From Octopus sinensis (taxonomy: Eukaryota): a stretch of DNA of 64,000 nt. Every line of letters starts with the position of its first letter. Within the stretch, counting starts at the first letter, position 1. Positions 24,953 through 41,064 of the stretch are shown one piece after another. A program made the position numbers and the translations under genes. The notes under the pieces were generated by a model that ran no database searches, was not told where the DNA came from, and worked only from the letters and a program-made list of their open reading frames with translations. The DNA is taken from NCBI RefSeq assembly GCF_006345805.1, contig NC_043004.1, positions 1,612,001-1,676,000 on the forward strand, written 5' to 3'.

Positions 24953-25624
24953 TATAAGGTGATACTCAATTACTAATCTATGAGTCCACCGCATCTTATA
25001 GCAGAAACAGCCGTAAGCTAATGAAGTTCATAACTTGTTTATACTTGTTTCATCTCAAACTCTCATACCTTTAGATAACTATATCCATATGTATGCATAT
25101 AATGGAAGGAGAGATTATTTTTATTACGAAAAAATTTATGATCCTTTATCATGTTTATGTTTGATTTATATTTTCGCGACAAGACTCACAGATGACAAAA
25201 TCTGTTCACAAAACAATTAGCTCCATTCCACAGTGAGGGCATCTAAGTTCACAATGATTAAATAGAGAAAGACGATAATGTGACCGAAACTGAATCGTAA
25301 ATACTATTTACTAGAAGTTTTGTACCATTCTGCAGCACACGTATGGGGTCTATGCATAGTTGTAAAGAGGACATTCATTAGAGATGATAGCATTGACATA
25401 CAAACAGTCCTCTAACTGATATACCAACCTTTTTTTTTCTTTTAAACTCTTTTGTCTTTAACCGTCTTTATTGCAAACAACTTGAAAATGAAACCGAATA
25501 GTAGGTGTGTTGATGCAATCTTAAAACTCCACCTGTTCAGATTTTAACTACCTACATTACGCAGTTGATTATCCACAATGTGGCCCGTGTGTGTTGTTAA
25601 ACCACTAATTTAGAAACAATATAT

Positions 25625-25785
25625 GCGCAGGAGTGGCTGTGTGGTAAGTAGCTTGCTTACCAGCCTCATGGTTCCGAGTTCAGTCTTACTGCATGGAACC
25701 TTGGGTAAGTGTTTTTTACTAGGCTTCGGGCAGACCAAAGCCTTGTGAGTGGATTTGGTTGACGGAAACTGAAAGAAGCCCGTCG

Positions 25786-25860
<75 letters not shown>

Positions 25861-26130
25861 TATATTTATACATATATACACACATACACACACACACACA
25901 CACAATATAAATATGAATGTATATATTTGTGTGTCTGTGTTTGTCCTCCTAACATCGCTTGACAACCGATGCTGGTGTGTTTACGTCCCCGTAACTTAGC
26001 GGTTCGGCAAAAGAGATCAATAGAATAAGTAACTAGGCTTACAAAGAATAAGCTCTGGAGTCGATTTGCTCGACTAAAAGGCGGTGCTCCTGCATGGCCG
26101 CAGTAGAATAACGGAAACAAATAAAAGAAT
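25625..26130 (+). mobile_element. SINE family A copy with expanded internal microsatellite
   Basis: Head gcgcaggagtggctgtgtggtaag; body and tail match other copies. Confidence 0.87.
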
Positions 26131-28045
26131 ATGTGACTGGTTCAAACATAAGAGCAAGTACAATCCTTTACAATGGTCCCAATTGAAAAACCTATGCAAG
26201 AGGGTATCAGTTAAATGAACAGTCATAAAGACATAAATATGATTTATTCTATTCTCCTTCGACAAAGTCACTATAAAGTGGATATCCTCGGGCTTTAGAA
26301 GAAGTCGGAATATAGTCGCCTGAAAACCTAGAATGAAAGGAAAAGTGTGTAACTTTATTGTCAGGTGCCCGTATGTGACTGTTCGACCTGCTAAAATGGT
26401 AACTAAGTTTCACTCATATCATACACCATATGTTTCAAATATATAACATTTGGGCTGATGTACAGACGCACAATAGCTGGAGTAAAAAAATAAACCGAGA
26501 TGATCACGGTTGGAACTTCTTTGGTCATAGATCTAGTCGACCAGACTTGACTTGAGGCAAAACAACAACAGCAAATAAATACTTAATAATTTTGAGGTTC
26601 GGGTTCTATTCTCGGTTGATACAATTTTGCTCCATTTTAGACAGCAATAATTTTTAGAAAAGAATCGATGAGCCTGCAGTTCAGTTTTGATTTTTGTTCA
26701 GAGCCATTATAATCTACATAGAAAATGCCCTTGAGAAGATAAATAACGAATGTCAAGCAATTTCAACCACATCTTGTGAATATGATGTGTCTCGTATGAA
26801 AGGAATTAATATATAGAGAAAGAAACAAAAATTGAAAGAAAGCCAAAACAGGTTAAATAAATACATAAATGCATAAAACAATGCCACTATAAAAATGATT
26901 TTCTCTGATGTCGAGATTTAGATGACTATTTTAACAAACATTTGTTCCTTTTTACAACAGTGCATTCCTTTCATTTCTTTCACAACTTTTCAAGATATTG
27001 CCAAATCAGTGATGCCAATGCAAGCCTCAATGATGCATGTAATATTAGAATGTGGTAAACGCTTACACGTGTTTTCAAGTGTACCATAAACAATATTTTG
27101 TGTTTATTCGCCGTCAAAACCTATTCGACTATTCAACTAGGAAAGAATTCCGGATCAATAAGTTAATAATGAAAGTAAAAATAAGTAAAGAAATATATAA
27201 ATAGATAAAAAGATAAAGAAAAAGTTTAAATAAATAATGTTTCTCTTGTTTTTGACCGATGCAATATCTGCAGATTGCTTGAGAACCTTTCATGGAACAC
27301 TAAATCAGATACGCCTATTGGCTAACATAAAGCAGAGAAACGGAGTCGAAAAGCAAGAAAAATGGACGTAAGCAGACATATTGTGTGATATATATGCGTA
27401 GGCACGTCAGAACATGCTGAACCATATCCCCAATGGCTTGTTCAGCAAGGCTGCTGATCTATTTATTCCATAGCGCCTCATACTATTCCTCATTTCTTAA
27501 ACAAACGCCCAACTATAGCAAGGCTTACACCACTTCGATTATATAGAAACGTGAATAAAGGAGAACAGTTATGATTGAATGAAGGCATAACTCATATTTC
27601 ATACATTTATTTTAAAATCTGTAAAACCATTATTTTGTGTAGTTACTCTGTAAACACACGAACCAATTTTTCCCCCACTAATGAAATGTTTATTATTATT
27701 TCTAGCTTTTCTTTTCCTTCTAAACGCGAACATAGAGAATCATAGTCCAGATTATGAGATTGCTAGTCACACACAAGCATAGCAAGCTGCCGATAATGTC
27801 GCAAGTTTGAAATAAAACTTTCAGATATGTTAGATATAATTGATTAAAATTATCTGATTAATTTATGCGTTTGAACAATATATTAACTTCGAATTATTAA
27901 ATTGGGTTTTGATTTAGCACAGAATTTAACCAGGCGAGTGTTGGCCGAGAGATACCCTCGCTGGTGAGGGCCATAATACTGCAGCCTAAATACTTTACGG
28001 GATGGCATTTAGTGGATTAAAATGATAGAAATAAATACCCAGCAG

Positions 28046-28521
28046 TTATTGTATCGACTGCCAAGGGTTTAAACATAAAGTGAAGCTGAAAGTATCATTC
28101 TACCACTTCATCGCTTCCTATGTATACTTGGTTCTATCGACCACAATATATTGGTTTCAAAAGCAAGTTCTGGAAGGGGGGAAATCGATTACAACGATAT
28201 CGGTTCTCAACTTGTACTTATGTTATCGACCCCGAAAGGAGGAAAGGCAAAGTCGACATCGGCGGAATTTGAACTCAGAACACTTATTGTATCTATTGCC
28301 AAGGGTTTAAATATAGAGTGAAGCTGGAAGTACCATTCTACCACTTCATCGTTTTCTATGTATACTTGATTCTATCGACCACAATATATTGGTTTCAAAA
28401 GCAAGTTCTGGAAGGGGGAAAATCGATTACGTCGATATCGGTTCTCAACTTGTACTTATGTTGTCGACCCCGAAAGGAGGAAAGGCAAAGTCGACATCGG
28501 CGGAATTTGAACTCAGAACAC
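28046..28521. repeat. Tandem duplication, 2 x 238 bp, each unit ending in a SINE-B fragment
   Basis: Units start ttattgtatc at 28046 and 28284; produces the twin ORFs 28080..28310 and 28318..28560. Confidence 0.92.
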
Positions 28522-28939
28522 GAAGACAGATATTGTAACGATTCAGCCATTTCTTACTGATGAAATCCAAAATGCAACAAATTTTACGGGAATGCGTTTA
28601 GTGGATTAAAATATAGTATCGACTGCAAAGTGTTTAAATATAAAGTGAAACAAAGGTTTATTATCACCGCAGATATATCAATCTAGTGCTCTCTCTAATC
28701 ATAATTTATACCAATCAGAGTTAGGACGAATGTGATAGCCATCAGTTAGATCCTGCTCTTACGATTTGGAGGACGATGAAACGCCATTTTAGATGTACGA
28801 TTGAACTGTGTGATAGAAGAGAGAGCATAAAAGCCTCGCAAAACTGCTCAGACGTTTCCAACTGTTTGACAGGTATCGACTGGATTTGCTGAATGTACCA
28901 ATGTAGACCGGGAAAAAATATAACAAGTCACCTGGTTAG

Positions 28940-28996
28940 TACCTTGATAGAGTATTCTGTACTCCATCGGATAAGGATAAGTCTCCACGATTGTGT

Positions 28997-29032
<36 letters not shown>

Positions 29033-29037
29033 ACACA

Positions 29038-29078
<41 letters not shown>

Positions 29079-29335
29079 ACACACATGCACACACACACAG
29101 TATCGTGAAAATAAGTTCCGATAGATGGCTATTTACTCTAACCACCAACCAAATGTCGCCGATTAAATCATTGAAGATTGAATCGAAGCGACTCGCCATG
29201 TGAAGAGGCCACCAAACTGTTGATAGTAAACCCTATCAAAAGCTTTCGATTGCTCTAAAATACGCAGGGTCCCACACATGCCAGGTTCTTCACCCATACT
29301 TTCTATGATGCATCATGTGCCTTGAAAACTCTCGC
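28940..29335 (-). mobile_element. Decayed Tx1/L1-like LINE RT fragment, split by (TG)n
   Basis: Minus strand EEPGMCGTLRILEQSKAFDRV... and DIWLVVRVNSHLSELIFTI resemble the L1/Tx1 motifs LDQxKAFDRV and VRVNGxLSxxFxI. Confidence 0.6.
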
Positions 29336-29342
29336 TGATATA

Positions 29343-30113
29343 TTAGGTTGTCTCACATGAAATGTTGCATTTGAAAAAGGAAACATTAAAATTGCTTTTC
29401 AAGTTTTAGAATATTTATTTATTTAATCAAAATATTATCCTTGTTCATTTATGACCTTCATCCAACGTTCCTCTCTAGGCATATATTCCATCTTCAAAGA
29501 ATTTGTTATCTTTTATACTGATAAACTGTTCGAATGCTTCAATTACCTCTTCTTTATTTAAGAATGTTTTATTGTGTATAGCAAGCTCGAAGTGTTTAAA
29601 TATGCGATAATCAGTAGGAGAGATATCAAGAGAATAAGGAAAATGTGCCAAAATTTCACAATTCAAGCTTTGCATCTTGTGGCCCGTAGCTTGAGAAGTG
29701 TGAGGCCGTGCATTATCATGAAGCAAAATTGGGTCATCTCTATTCATTAATATGTGTTGCTTCTTTTTAAATTTTGCATGCATACAATCAATTTCCTGAC
29801 AATAGGATGTTGTTGTTTCAGTTTTTCCTTGTTGCAAAAATGAATAATGAATAATCCACTTTATTGACCACCATGTAGTGACCATCGACTTTTTAGGGTG
29901 CAATGATAGTTTTGGGTAGTGTTTTGGTAACTCTCCTGCATCTAACCACTGTCCTGCCCTTCTGTTGTTATCAAAGAGTATCCATTTCTCATCACACATA
30001 ATGAGTGAATACAAAACTGGTTCCCTTTCCAACCGAGAAATTAACATGGAACACACTGTAAGACGTCTGTTTCTTTGGATCTCATTAAGTTCATGGAGAA
30101 CAAACCTATCCAA
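29343..30113 (-). mobile_element. Mariner (DD34D) transposon remnant: catalytic domain plus one TIR, N-terminal HTH region missing
   Basis: ORF 29475..30113 has (W)V(P)HEL-like FVLHEL, CDEKW, LLHDNARPH and YSLDISPTDY, with 34 residues between the 2nd and 3rd Asp (counted). TA|TTAGGTTG terminus at 29341. Confidence 0.92.
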
Positions 30114-30677
30114 ATAAACGGGAAGAATTGTTCTTAAATTATTTCATAGAAAGAAAATATGGATTATTTCCAAAACATACACTCACACACACTCACACAC
30201 ATGCACACACTTTGTTTTATATTTTTAAAGGCTTGTCATTATCTCAAGCTGAGCCCTAAAAAGATAATAAAATGCATATAAATATTGAATTTCTCGATTA
30301 TAGTTCAAATGCTGGTATCGCCACCAGGTTATGTGTCCCAGGTGTTGAGGCAGTCAGCGGATAGATCTCTGCTAAGGGATGGTAGTTTAATGAATGTAGG
30401 GGTGAGGTAGGTGGGTGATGTGTTAAAGAAGTGGCAGGAGCAACGGAGGGTGGTGTGGAAGGGGTTGAGATGTACATGGAGGGGCTCAACTGCACTCGGT
30501 TATTATTTTATTCGGTTTATATCAATAACAAAGAAATTCTTAATTATTTTGAACGTCTTTATATATTTGGGTGTTGTGGAGTATAAATATTTGCATGAGT
30601 TGTTTGACTTCATTACTACATGTATAACAGAATCAAAACATGCGTGTAATCATATGGTTTTGGTAATATTGAGTCCA

Positions 30678-31299
30678 ACAAGGCGCCGAACTGGCAGAAA
30701 TGTTAGCACACCGGGCGAACTGCTTAGCGATATTTCGTCAGTCTTTACGTTCTGAGTTCAAATTCCGCCGAGGTCGACTTTGCATTTCATCCTTTCGGGG
30801 TCGATAAATTAAGTACCAGTTACGCACTGGGGTCGATGTAATCGACTTAATCCGTTTGTCTGTCCTTGTTTGACCCCTCTGTGTTTAGCCCCTTGTCGGT
30901 AGTAAAAAAATAGGTATTTCATCTGTCTTTATGTTCTGAGTTCAAATTCTGCTGAGGTCGACTGCCTTTCATCCTTTCGTGGTCAATAAATTAAGTACCA
31001 GTTGCGTACTGGGGTCGATCTAATCGACTGGCCCCCTCCCCCCAAATTTTCGGTCTTGTGCCTAGAGTAGAAAAGTATATCAAATAAGGCGGCGAGCTGA
31101 CAGAAATATTAGCACGCCGGGCGAAATACTTAGCCCTATTTCGTCTGTCTTTATGTTCTGAGTTCAAATACCACCGTGATCGACTTTGCCTTTAATCTTT
31201 TCGGGGTCGATAAATTAAGTACCAGTTGCGTAATGGGGTCAATCTAATCGACAGGTTCCCTCCCCACAAATTTTGGGCCTTGTGCCTAGAGTAGAAAAG
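30678..31299 (+). mobile_element. SINE family B trimer with 13-bp TSD
   Basis: aatattgagtcca at 30665-30677 and 31300-31312; three tandem monomers inside. Confidence 0.88.
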
Positions 31300-31637
31300 A
31301 ATATTGAGTCCATGAATGTTATCACATCAAAGCGATCAGTCGTGACTTATTTGTTTGCATGACTTGTAATAATGCTGAACTGAATCAAGATATATAATAC
31401 ATACAAACTCTTTAGGACCGCAAGAAGGAAAACATCGACTAATCAATTCTCGATAGAGAGGTGCAGGAGGTAGCTGAAATTTTTGTTGGAAATCTTCAAA
31501 TGTGGGTCTAATTTAATTAATTAGCATAATGAATTATTAATCCATTGGTTACATTTAATATATATTTCTTTATTACCCATGCGGGTTATTTAACCTTCCA
31601 AAACTTTTCACATAAAAACTACACATATCCAACTGGG

Positions 31638-31958
31638 GAAGCGCAATGGCTCAGTGCTTAGGGGAACGGACCCGCGGTCTTAGGATCGCGGTTTCGATTC
31701 CCAGACCGGGCGTTGTGAGTGTTTATTGAGCGAAAACACCTAAAGCTCCACGAGGCTCCCGCAGGGGTTGGTGGCGATCCCTGCTGTACTCTTTCACCAC
31801 AACTTTCTTCCTGTTTCTGTTGTACCTGTATTTCAAAGGGCCAGCCTTGTCACACTGAATCTCCCCAAGAACTACGTTAAGGGTACACGGGTCTGTGGAG
31901 GCTGTTCCGTTGATCAGATCAACTGAAACACTCGTCGTCGTAACCGACGGAGTTCCAG
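31638..31958 (+). mobile_element. tRNA-derived SINE family C
   Basis: Head gcgcaatggctcagtgcttagg...ggtttcgattccc; 3' half aagggtacacg...ctcgtcgtcgtaaccgacggag. Second copy at 55321-55640. Confidence 0.85.
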
Positions 31959-33271
31959 TCATATCCAAGTTATTTTGATTCAACCAATATTAATGGTGGT
32001 GTTCTAATTCATTGATTCTCTCACCTCCCACCTGAATTCTTTCTTGTGTAACCAACCATTCTTAACTAACGTATCTAATTTAATATTTAACTATTGTAAC
32101 CAATTTAATTTCAGTTTAATTGTAGATGACCCAATTAGGTGTGCACTAATTAATAATGTGCCTCCACTCTCCACCACCCCCTGTTCTTTATTTATTTTAG
32201 TTCCTATGGAATCTCACCGCTATATAAATTTTTCACGACACTACGATTCCCCCTTTATCGGCAATTCTGAGATTGCAGTATAAACTGCCATCTCTTTGAA
32301 ATTCTGGTCTATCTCCTATAATTCTTTCTCTCCATCACTAGACATACATACAATACACTCGACAACCGCCAGAGGCACTGGCAGCTATATATTAGATTAA
32401 ATAATGTAATCTGTTGTGTTCCTTCATTATCCATCAACTGAAATATCTCATAAATAGAGTGTATACTTCATAATTCTGGCATTCTGCAGCATAACATCTT
32501 TCAATATATTTGTTTGTAATTCTCAAAATATACAACTGTAATTTTAAGTGGCTTCAAGATATGGCTAGCAGCAACGTCGTTAATTACCTATAAGGACGCT
32601 TGTTAGGTCCCCCATGAATGCTACTTGTAACATTGAATCTCGTAAAACTTGTTGCATGTTCAGGTCATCGGCTACTAAGCCGAGACCCCTACTAGCACCC
32701 CCCCCCCCAGATGAAGATGGTTGCTAGAAAAGAAGCAGGACGCAAAAGAAGATCTGTCAATAAGATGGAAGAACTTGTATAGGTTCAATGACAATCAGAC
32801 AATAGGACAGACCCTCAGAAATTCAGGGTCGGTGTTCGGAGTACTGGAATATCACTAGGAGTGAGGAATCCCTTAAATTTTGTTAAAGCGTGTCTCAAGA
32901 ACCTGCTTCAAACTAAGACTACGTTTGCGTCGATAATCGGTGGTTACTTGGTCAGCGAATCCTCTGCGACGGTCGACAGTAAAATCAATTGCTACGGTGC
33001 GTCCTATTTCAAAATGTGTTTACAAGTAACCGGAGATCACATGTAAACTTAATTCTACTGAAGCTCCGAACATGAACTCTACATCTCAATATCGAATGAC
33101 GACAACAGCTGTGGCTTTCATGTTATCCGACGCGATTGCTCTCTTAGAGTGGCATTTGTCAAGCTGGTCAGTATTCGTGAGGGCCGTGGTGAATCCCCCC
33201 CCCCCAGGTGAATGACGCCGCAAGTACAACTAAGTACAATGTAATTAATTAATTAATATTTGTATGGAGTT

Positions 33272-33655
33272 AAGGCGGCGAGCTGGCAGAAACGTTAGCA
33301 CGCCGGGCGAAATGCTTAGCGGTATTTCGTCTGCCGTTACGTTCTGAGTTCAAATTCCGCCGAGGTCGACTTTGCCTTTCATCCTTTCGGGGTCGATATA
33401 AAAGTACCAGTTACGCACTGGGATCGATGTAATTGACTTAATCCGTTTGTCTGTCCTCTCTGTGTTTAGCTCCTTGTGGGTAGTAAAGAAATAGGTATTT
33501 CGTCTGTCTTTACGTTCTGAGTTCAAATTCAGCCGAGGTCGACTTTACTTTTCATCTTTCCGGGTTGATAAATTAAGTACGAGTTGCGTACTAAGATCGA
33601 TCTAATCGACTGGTCCCTCCCGCAAATTTCGGGCTTGGTGCCCAGAGTATAAAAG
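33272..33655 (+). mobile_element. SINE family B dimer with 17-bp TSD, followed by the head of another copy (33673-33740)
   Basis: aatatttg(t/c)atggagtt at 33255-33271 and 33656-33672. Confidence 0.88.
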
Positions 33656-34189
33656 AATATTTGCATGGAGTTAAGGCGGCATGCTAGCAGAAACGTTAAC
33701 ACGCCGGACGAAATGTTTAGAGGTATCTCGTCTGTCTTTTTTTGCTAGAACAGTATTTCGCCTGATTTTTGCTAAAACGTGTCGTATTGAGACGTCAAAC
33801 GTAAACAGACAATGTGATCAAGGAAAAAGTGAGATAGTGAGAGTATATGCCATAGTTCAGGCGTGTCGCTCCTTCTTCAGCCCTCATCTAACCCACTATT
33901 GCCTCCGAATACATTGCTTATACAGCCACCGCATATAGCGGTGTTAAATCATTGGATACACCACTTGACATATTAGACGAATTCCTGGAGCTGCAATATA
34001 AACAATAAAGATTTGTAGGTACGTGGTACTTCGTTATGCAAAGGCAATATGGTATTGAAACGATCGTAACTTCTAATAAAGTTATGCCATATCATTCTCG
34101 TCATTCCCTAGTAGGTTTACTTTATAGATGTATGTATATATTTATGCACGTGAATGTGTGTGTGAGTATATATATATATATACATACAT

Positions 34190-34240
<51 letters not shown>

Positions 34241-34401
34241 ATTATATGTGTGTATGTATATCTATATACATATATATGCATTAATATACAAATGCATACA
34301 TAACTGTATGTGAGCATATGCATAGACATATATCTATATAAAAGCGTACGCATGAGAATAGAACAATTTGTAAGTGTGTGTGTTTGTATGTGTGTGTGTG
34401 C

Positions 34402-34432
<31 letters not shown>

Positions 34433-34739
34433 AATACTGATTTATGTGTTTGTATGATTATGTTAACTGGCCATGATGGGAAATGTCCACAATTACCAGT
34501 TCCATTTTCCGATCTAATCGACTTTGTTGTTGCAAGAGGTCGTAAGCAGCTTGTAATCCTAATGGTGTAGCAATGAAATACATTCTATCACTAGTTGCTA
34601 TCTTTGGCAGCTTAGCAGATATCATGTAACGCAAGTGATATCTCGACATTCGCCGGAGCAGACGACAGAAATTCACGGATGAAAATGGCTGCATAACATT
34701 TCACTGAAAACTAAATAGCCCACATGATGTCTCCGTAAG

Positions 34740-34776
34740 AAAGAAGAAGCAGAAGTAGAAGAAGAAGAAAGGGAAG

Positions 34777-34808
<32 letters not shown>

Positions 34809-36200
34809 GGGGAAGAAGAAGAAGAAGAAGAAGAAGAAGAAGAGAGGAAGTAGGGAAGAAGAAAGGGAAGAAGTAGGGAAGAAGGGGAGGAAGAAGAAGA
34901 GGAAAACAGGAAGAGAAAGTGGAAGAAGAGGAAGAAGAAGAAGAAGAAGATAAAGAAGAAGAAGTGGAAGAAGAAGGGAGAGGAGGAGGATGAGAAGAAG
35001 TAGGCGAAGAAAAAGAAGAGAAGAAGAAGAAGAAGAAGAAGAAGAAAGAAGAGAAGAAGAAGAAGAAGAAGAAGAAGAAAGAAGAAGAAGAGGAAAAGAA
35101 GAAGAGAAAGTGGAAGAAGAAGAAGAAGAAGGAAGAAGAAGAAGAAGAAGAAGGAAGAAGAAGAAGAAGAAGAAGAGGAAGGAGACGAAGAAGTGGAGAG
35201 CGAGAGAAAAGGGGTTATGAGAGAATAAAGACTGTAATTGTAAATATGATATATCTATATCTATACATAGTACCTACATACATATTTATATACAGACATG
35301 AGTGAGGAGAGAGAGAGAATATGAGATAGAATGAGAGAGAGAGAATATGAGATAGAATGAGAGAGAGAGAGGGGGGGAAAGAGAGAGAAGCAGAAATAAG
35401 CGGACGACACAAATGGATGTAATCCAAACTACGATTTATCTTTGATTCGTTTGTCACGTGATTGCGCAATAGGGCTGGATGGGAGAAAAGCGAGGTGAGT
35501 GAAAGGAATATCCGATGATGTTGTGGGGATTCCATGGAACATAAGGAAGATCACGTTTAGAACAGCTTAGATTAATGCTTTTTGGAACCAGATACCGTCT
35601 AGATGGTATGTGTGAGTAAAGAACTGGAGCTAATAGATGCTACCAGAATATAACAGGGGGAAACACTGACGCCATCAGGGGAATAGAGGCGATGCGAGAA
35701 GGGCAGCGGTAGAGGGAGGAGAAGGAGAAGGAGAAGGAGAAGGAGGGAAAAGAGAAAGGGGAGAGAGCAGAGGAACACTAGTAGTAGTAGTAGTAGTAGT
35801 AGTAGTAATAGTAGTAGTAGTTGTAGTAGTGGCAGCAACAGCAGCAGTAGTAGTAGTAGTGGTTGTGATGGGGTGATGGTGATGGTAGATGAAAAAGAAG
35901 AAAAAGAAATAGAAAGATGAAGAAAAAAGATGAAGTAGAAGGAGAAGAAGGAAAAGAAAGAAGACGAAGAAGATGAAGAAAAGAAGAAAAAGAAGTATGG
36001 AGAAGAAAAGGAGGAAGAGGAAGAAGAAAAGAAGGTGAAGGAGGAAGAAGTTGAACGAAGAAGAAAAAGAAAGGAGGGGAGGAGGAGGAGGAGGAGGAGG
36101 AGGAGAAGGAGGAGGAGAAAAAGAAGAAAGAGGAGGAGGTGGAGGAGAAAAAGAAGTGGAAGAAGAAAAAAGAAAAGGAAAGAAAGAAAGAAGGAAAAAA
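34740..36200. repeat. Polypurine (GAA/GGA)n tracts with (GA)n and (TAG)n
   Basis: Visible directly; 34740-35210 is almost purely purine on the + strand. Confidence 0.92.
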
Positions 36201-36403
36201 AGAAAGAGAGAAAATATCTGGGATGTCTTTAGAGTAGAACATGACGGAAAAATCAGTAACTTCCAATGGTGACGATGGTAATGATGGTTTCATATTTTGC
36301 TGATTAGGGTTTTGTTAGTGATTGTGATGATGAGGATGGCGGTGTTGTTGGTGTTGGTGTTGGTGTTGGTGTTGGTGGTGGTGGTGGTGGTGGTGGTGGT
36401 GGT

Positions 36404-37389
36404 GACAAGGAAGCAATTTGAACAGGCGGATTAAGAAAGGATATAACTTGTTAAAGACAAATACGAAATCCACACAGAACGAAGAAGGCGCACTAATTTG
36501 TAATAAACTTAGAAAATATTGCAAAGAAGGAACAAAGAAGGCAAAGGAAAGCCATATTACAAACTACAAAAACAACACCACCCCCTACTTAATGCAACAA
36601 TAACATCAGCAGCAACAACAACAGCAACAACAACAACAACAGCAACAACAAGAAATGGAAAATTGACAAAATAACATCAGAACAGAGAATACCACATGAA
36701 TATACAAGATGGAGGCTATTTATCAAATGAAGGAAGAACAAGCATGGCTATCTGCTTATGTAAACGTGGATTATTTTCATTTGTCTATATTGAAAACAAG
36801 AGATGAAATCATAAATGAAATGGTAATGTCGATGCTGCTTGTTACTGTTGACGACGACGATGATGATGGTGGTGGTGATGGTGGTGGTGGTGATGGTGGT
36901 GGTGGTGGTGGTGACAAGGAAGCAATTTGAACAGGCGGATTAAGAAAGGATATAACTTGTTAAAGACAAATACGAAATCCACACAGAACGAAGAAGGCGC
37001 ACTAATTTGTAATAAACTTAGAAACTATTGCAAAGAAGGAACAAAGAAGGCAAAGGAAAGCCATATTACAAACTACAAAAACAGCACCACCCCCTACTTA
37101 ATGCAACAATAACATCAGCAGCAACAACAACAGCAACAACAAGAAATGGAAAATTGACAAAATAACATCAGAACAGAGAATACCACATGAATATACAAGA
37201 TGGAGGCTATTTATCAAATGAAGGAAGAACAAGCATGGCTATCTGCTTATGTAAACGTGGATTATTTTCATTTGTCTATATTGAAAACAAGAGATGAAAT
37301 CATAAATGAAATGGTAATGTCGATGCTGCTTGTTACTGTTGACGACGACGATGATGATGGTGGTGGTGATGGTGGTGGTGGTGATGGTG

Positions 37390-37390
<1 letters not shown>
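36404..37390. repeat. Near-perfect ~500-bp tandem duplication bounded by (GGT)n tracts
   Basis: gacaaggaagcaatttgaacagg starts at 36404 and 36913. The copies differ by two visible substitutions and by (CAA)n length. Confidence 0.92.
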
Positions 37391-40340
<2,950 letters not shown>

Positions 40341-41064
40341 TTCTTCTCCTCCCCCCCTGCTATCTCTTCTTCTTTCCCTTCTCCTCCTCCCTTGATAATA
40401 CTCTACTCTTAAATCTATTCTACCGATCCCCACCTAGCTCTGACCGATTAGTTCTACTATAGCAAGTCTCTACAATTAACCATACCAATATTTTGAATGG
40501 ACTCGGGTTACAGTGTCGAATATGCGCGAGCAATTTATTCTTAATAGAATAAGATGTGATTTTAGGGAGATTTGGTTGCTTTTTCTAGCAATTCGGATAA
40601 CCGCAAAATACTCTATTTGTTTTTGATTTTGTTGTAATTTTACTGATAGTGGATTTCGTTCTTTTGATTGCAATCATTTTTCTTTTTTACTCTTTAGAAA
40701 TGGGTTGGGATGCAATATTCTTCCACATAAATTCTTTTCACTGTGGAACGAATAGAAGGAGTTATTTTGAAAATGGAAATCTCGTTTGAATACCTTCAAC
40801 AGATTACTATCCACTACATATACTCAAAGTCGAAGAGTTGAACCGAATGGTTGAGTTGAGCATCCAAGAACTCCCAAAAGGTATAACACAACGCATTTCA
40901 TCGGGTGCTTTAACAGTTCAATTCTGTCACTTTAGACTGTCTTAACTCTATCAGCATAGACATAGAAAGGTTTAGCAGGAATATGACAGGACTAGAACTT
41001 GAAGAACACAAGAAATATCGATTTTAAATTTAGCACATGGCTAGTAATCGCGAGAAAGGTATGT

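Noticed and set aside
28080-28560. Twin ~80-aa ORFs as a tandem gene pair
   Set aside because: They arise from the 238-bp duplication, and their C-termini are translated SINE-B sequence.
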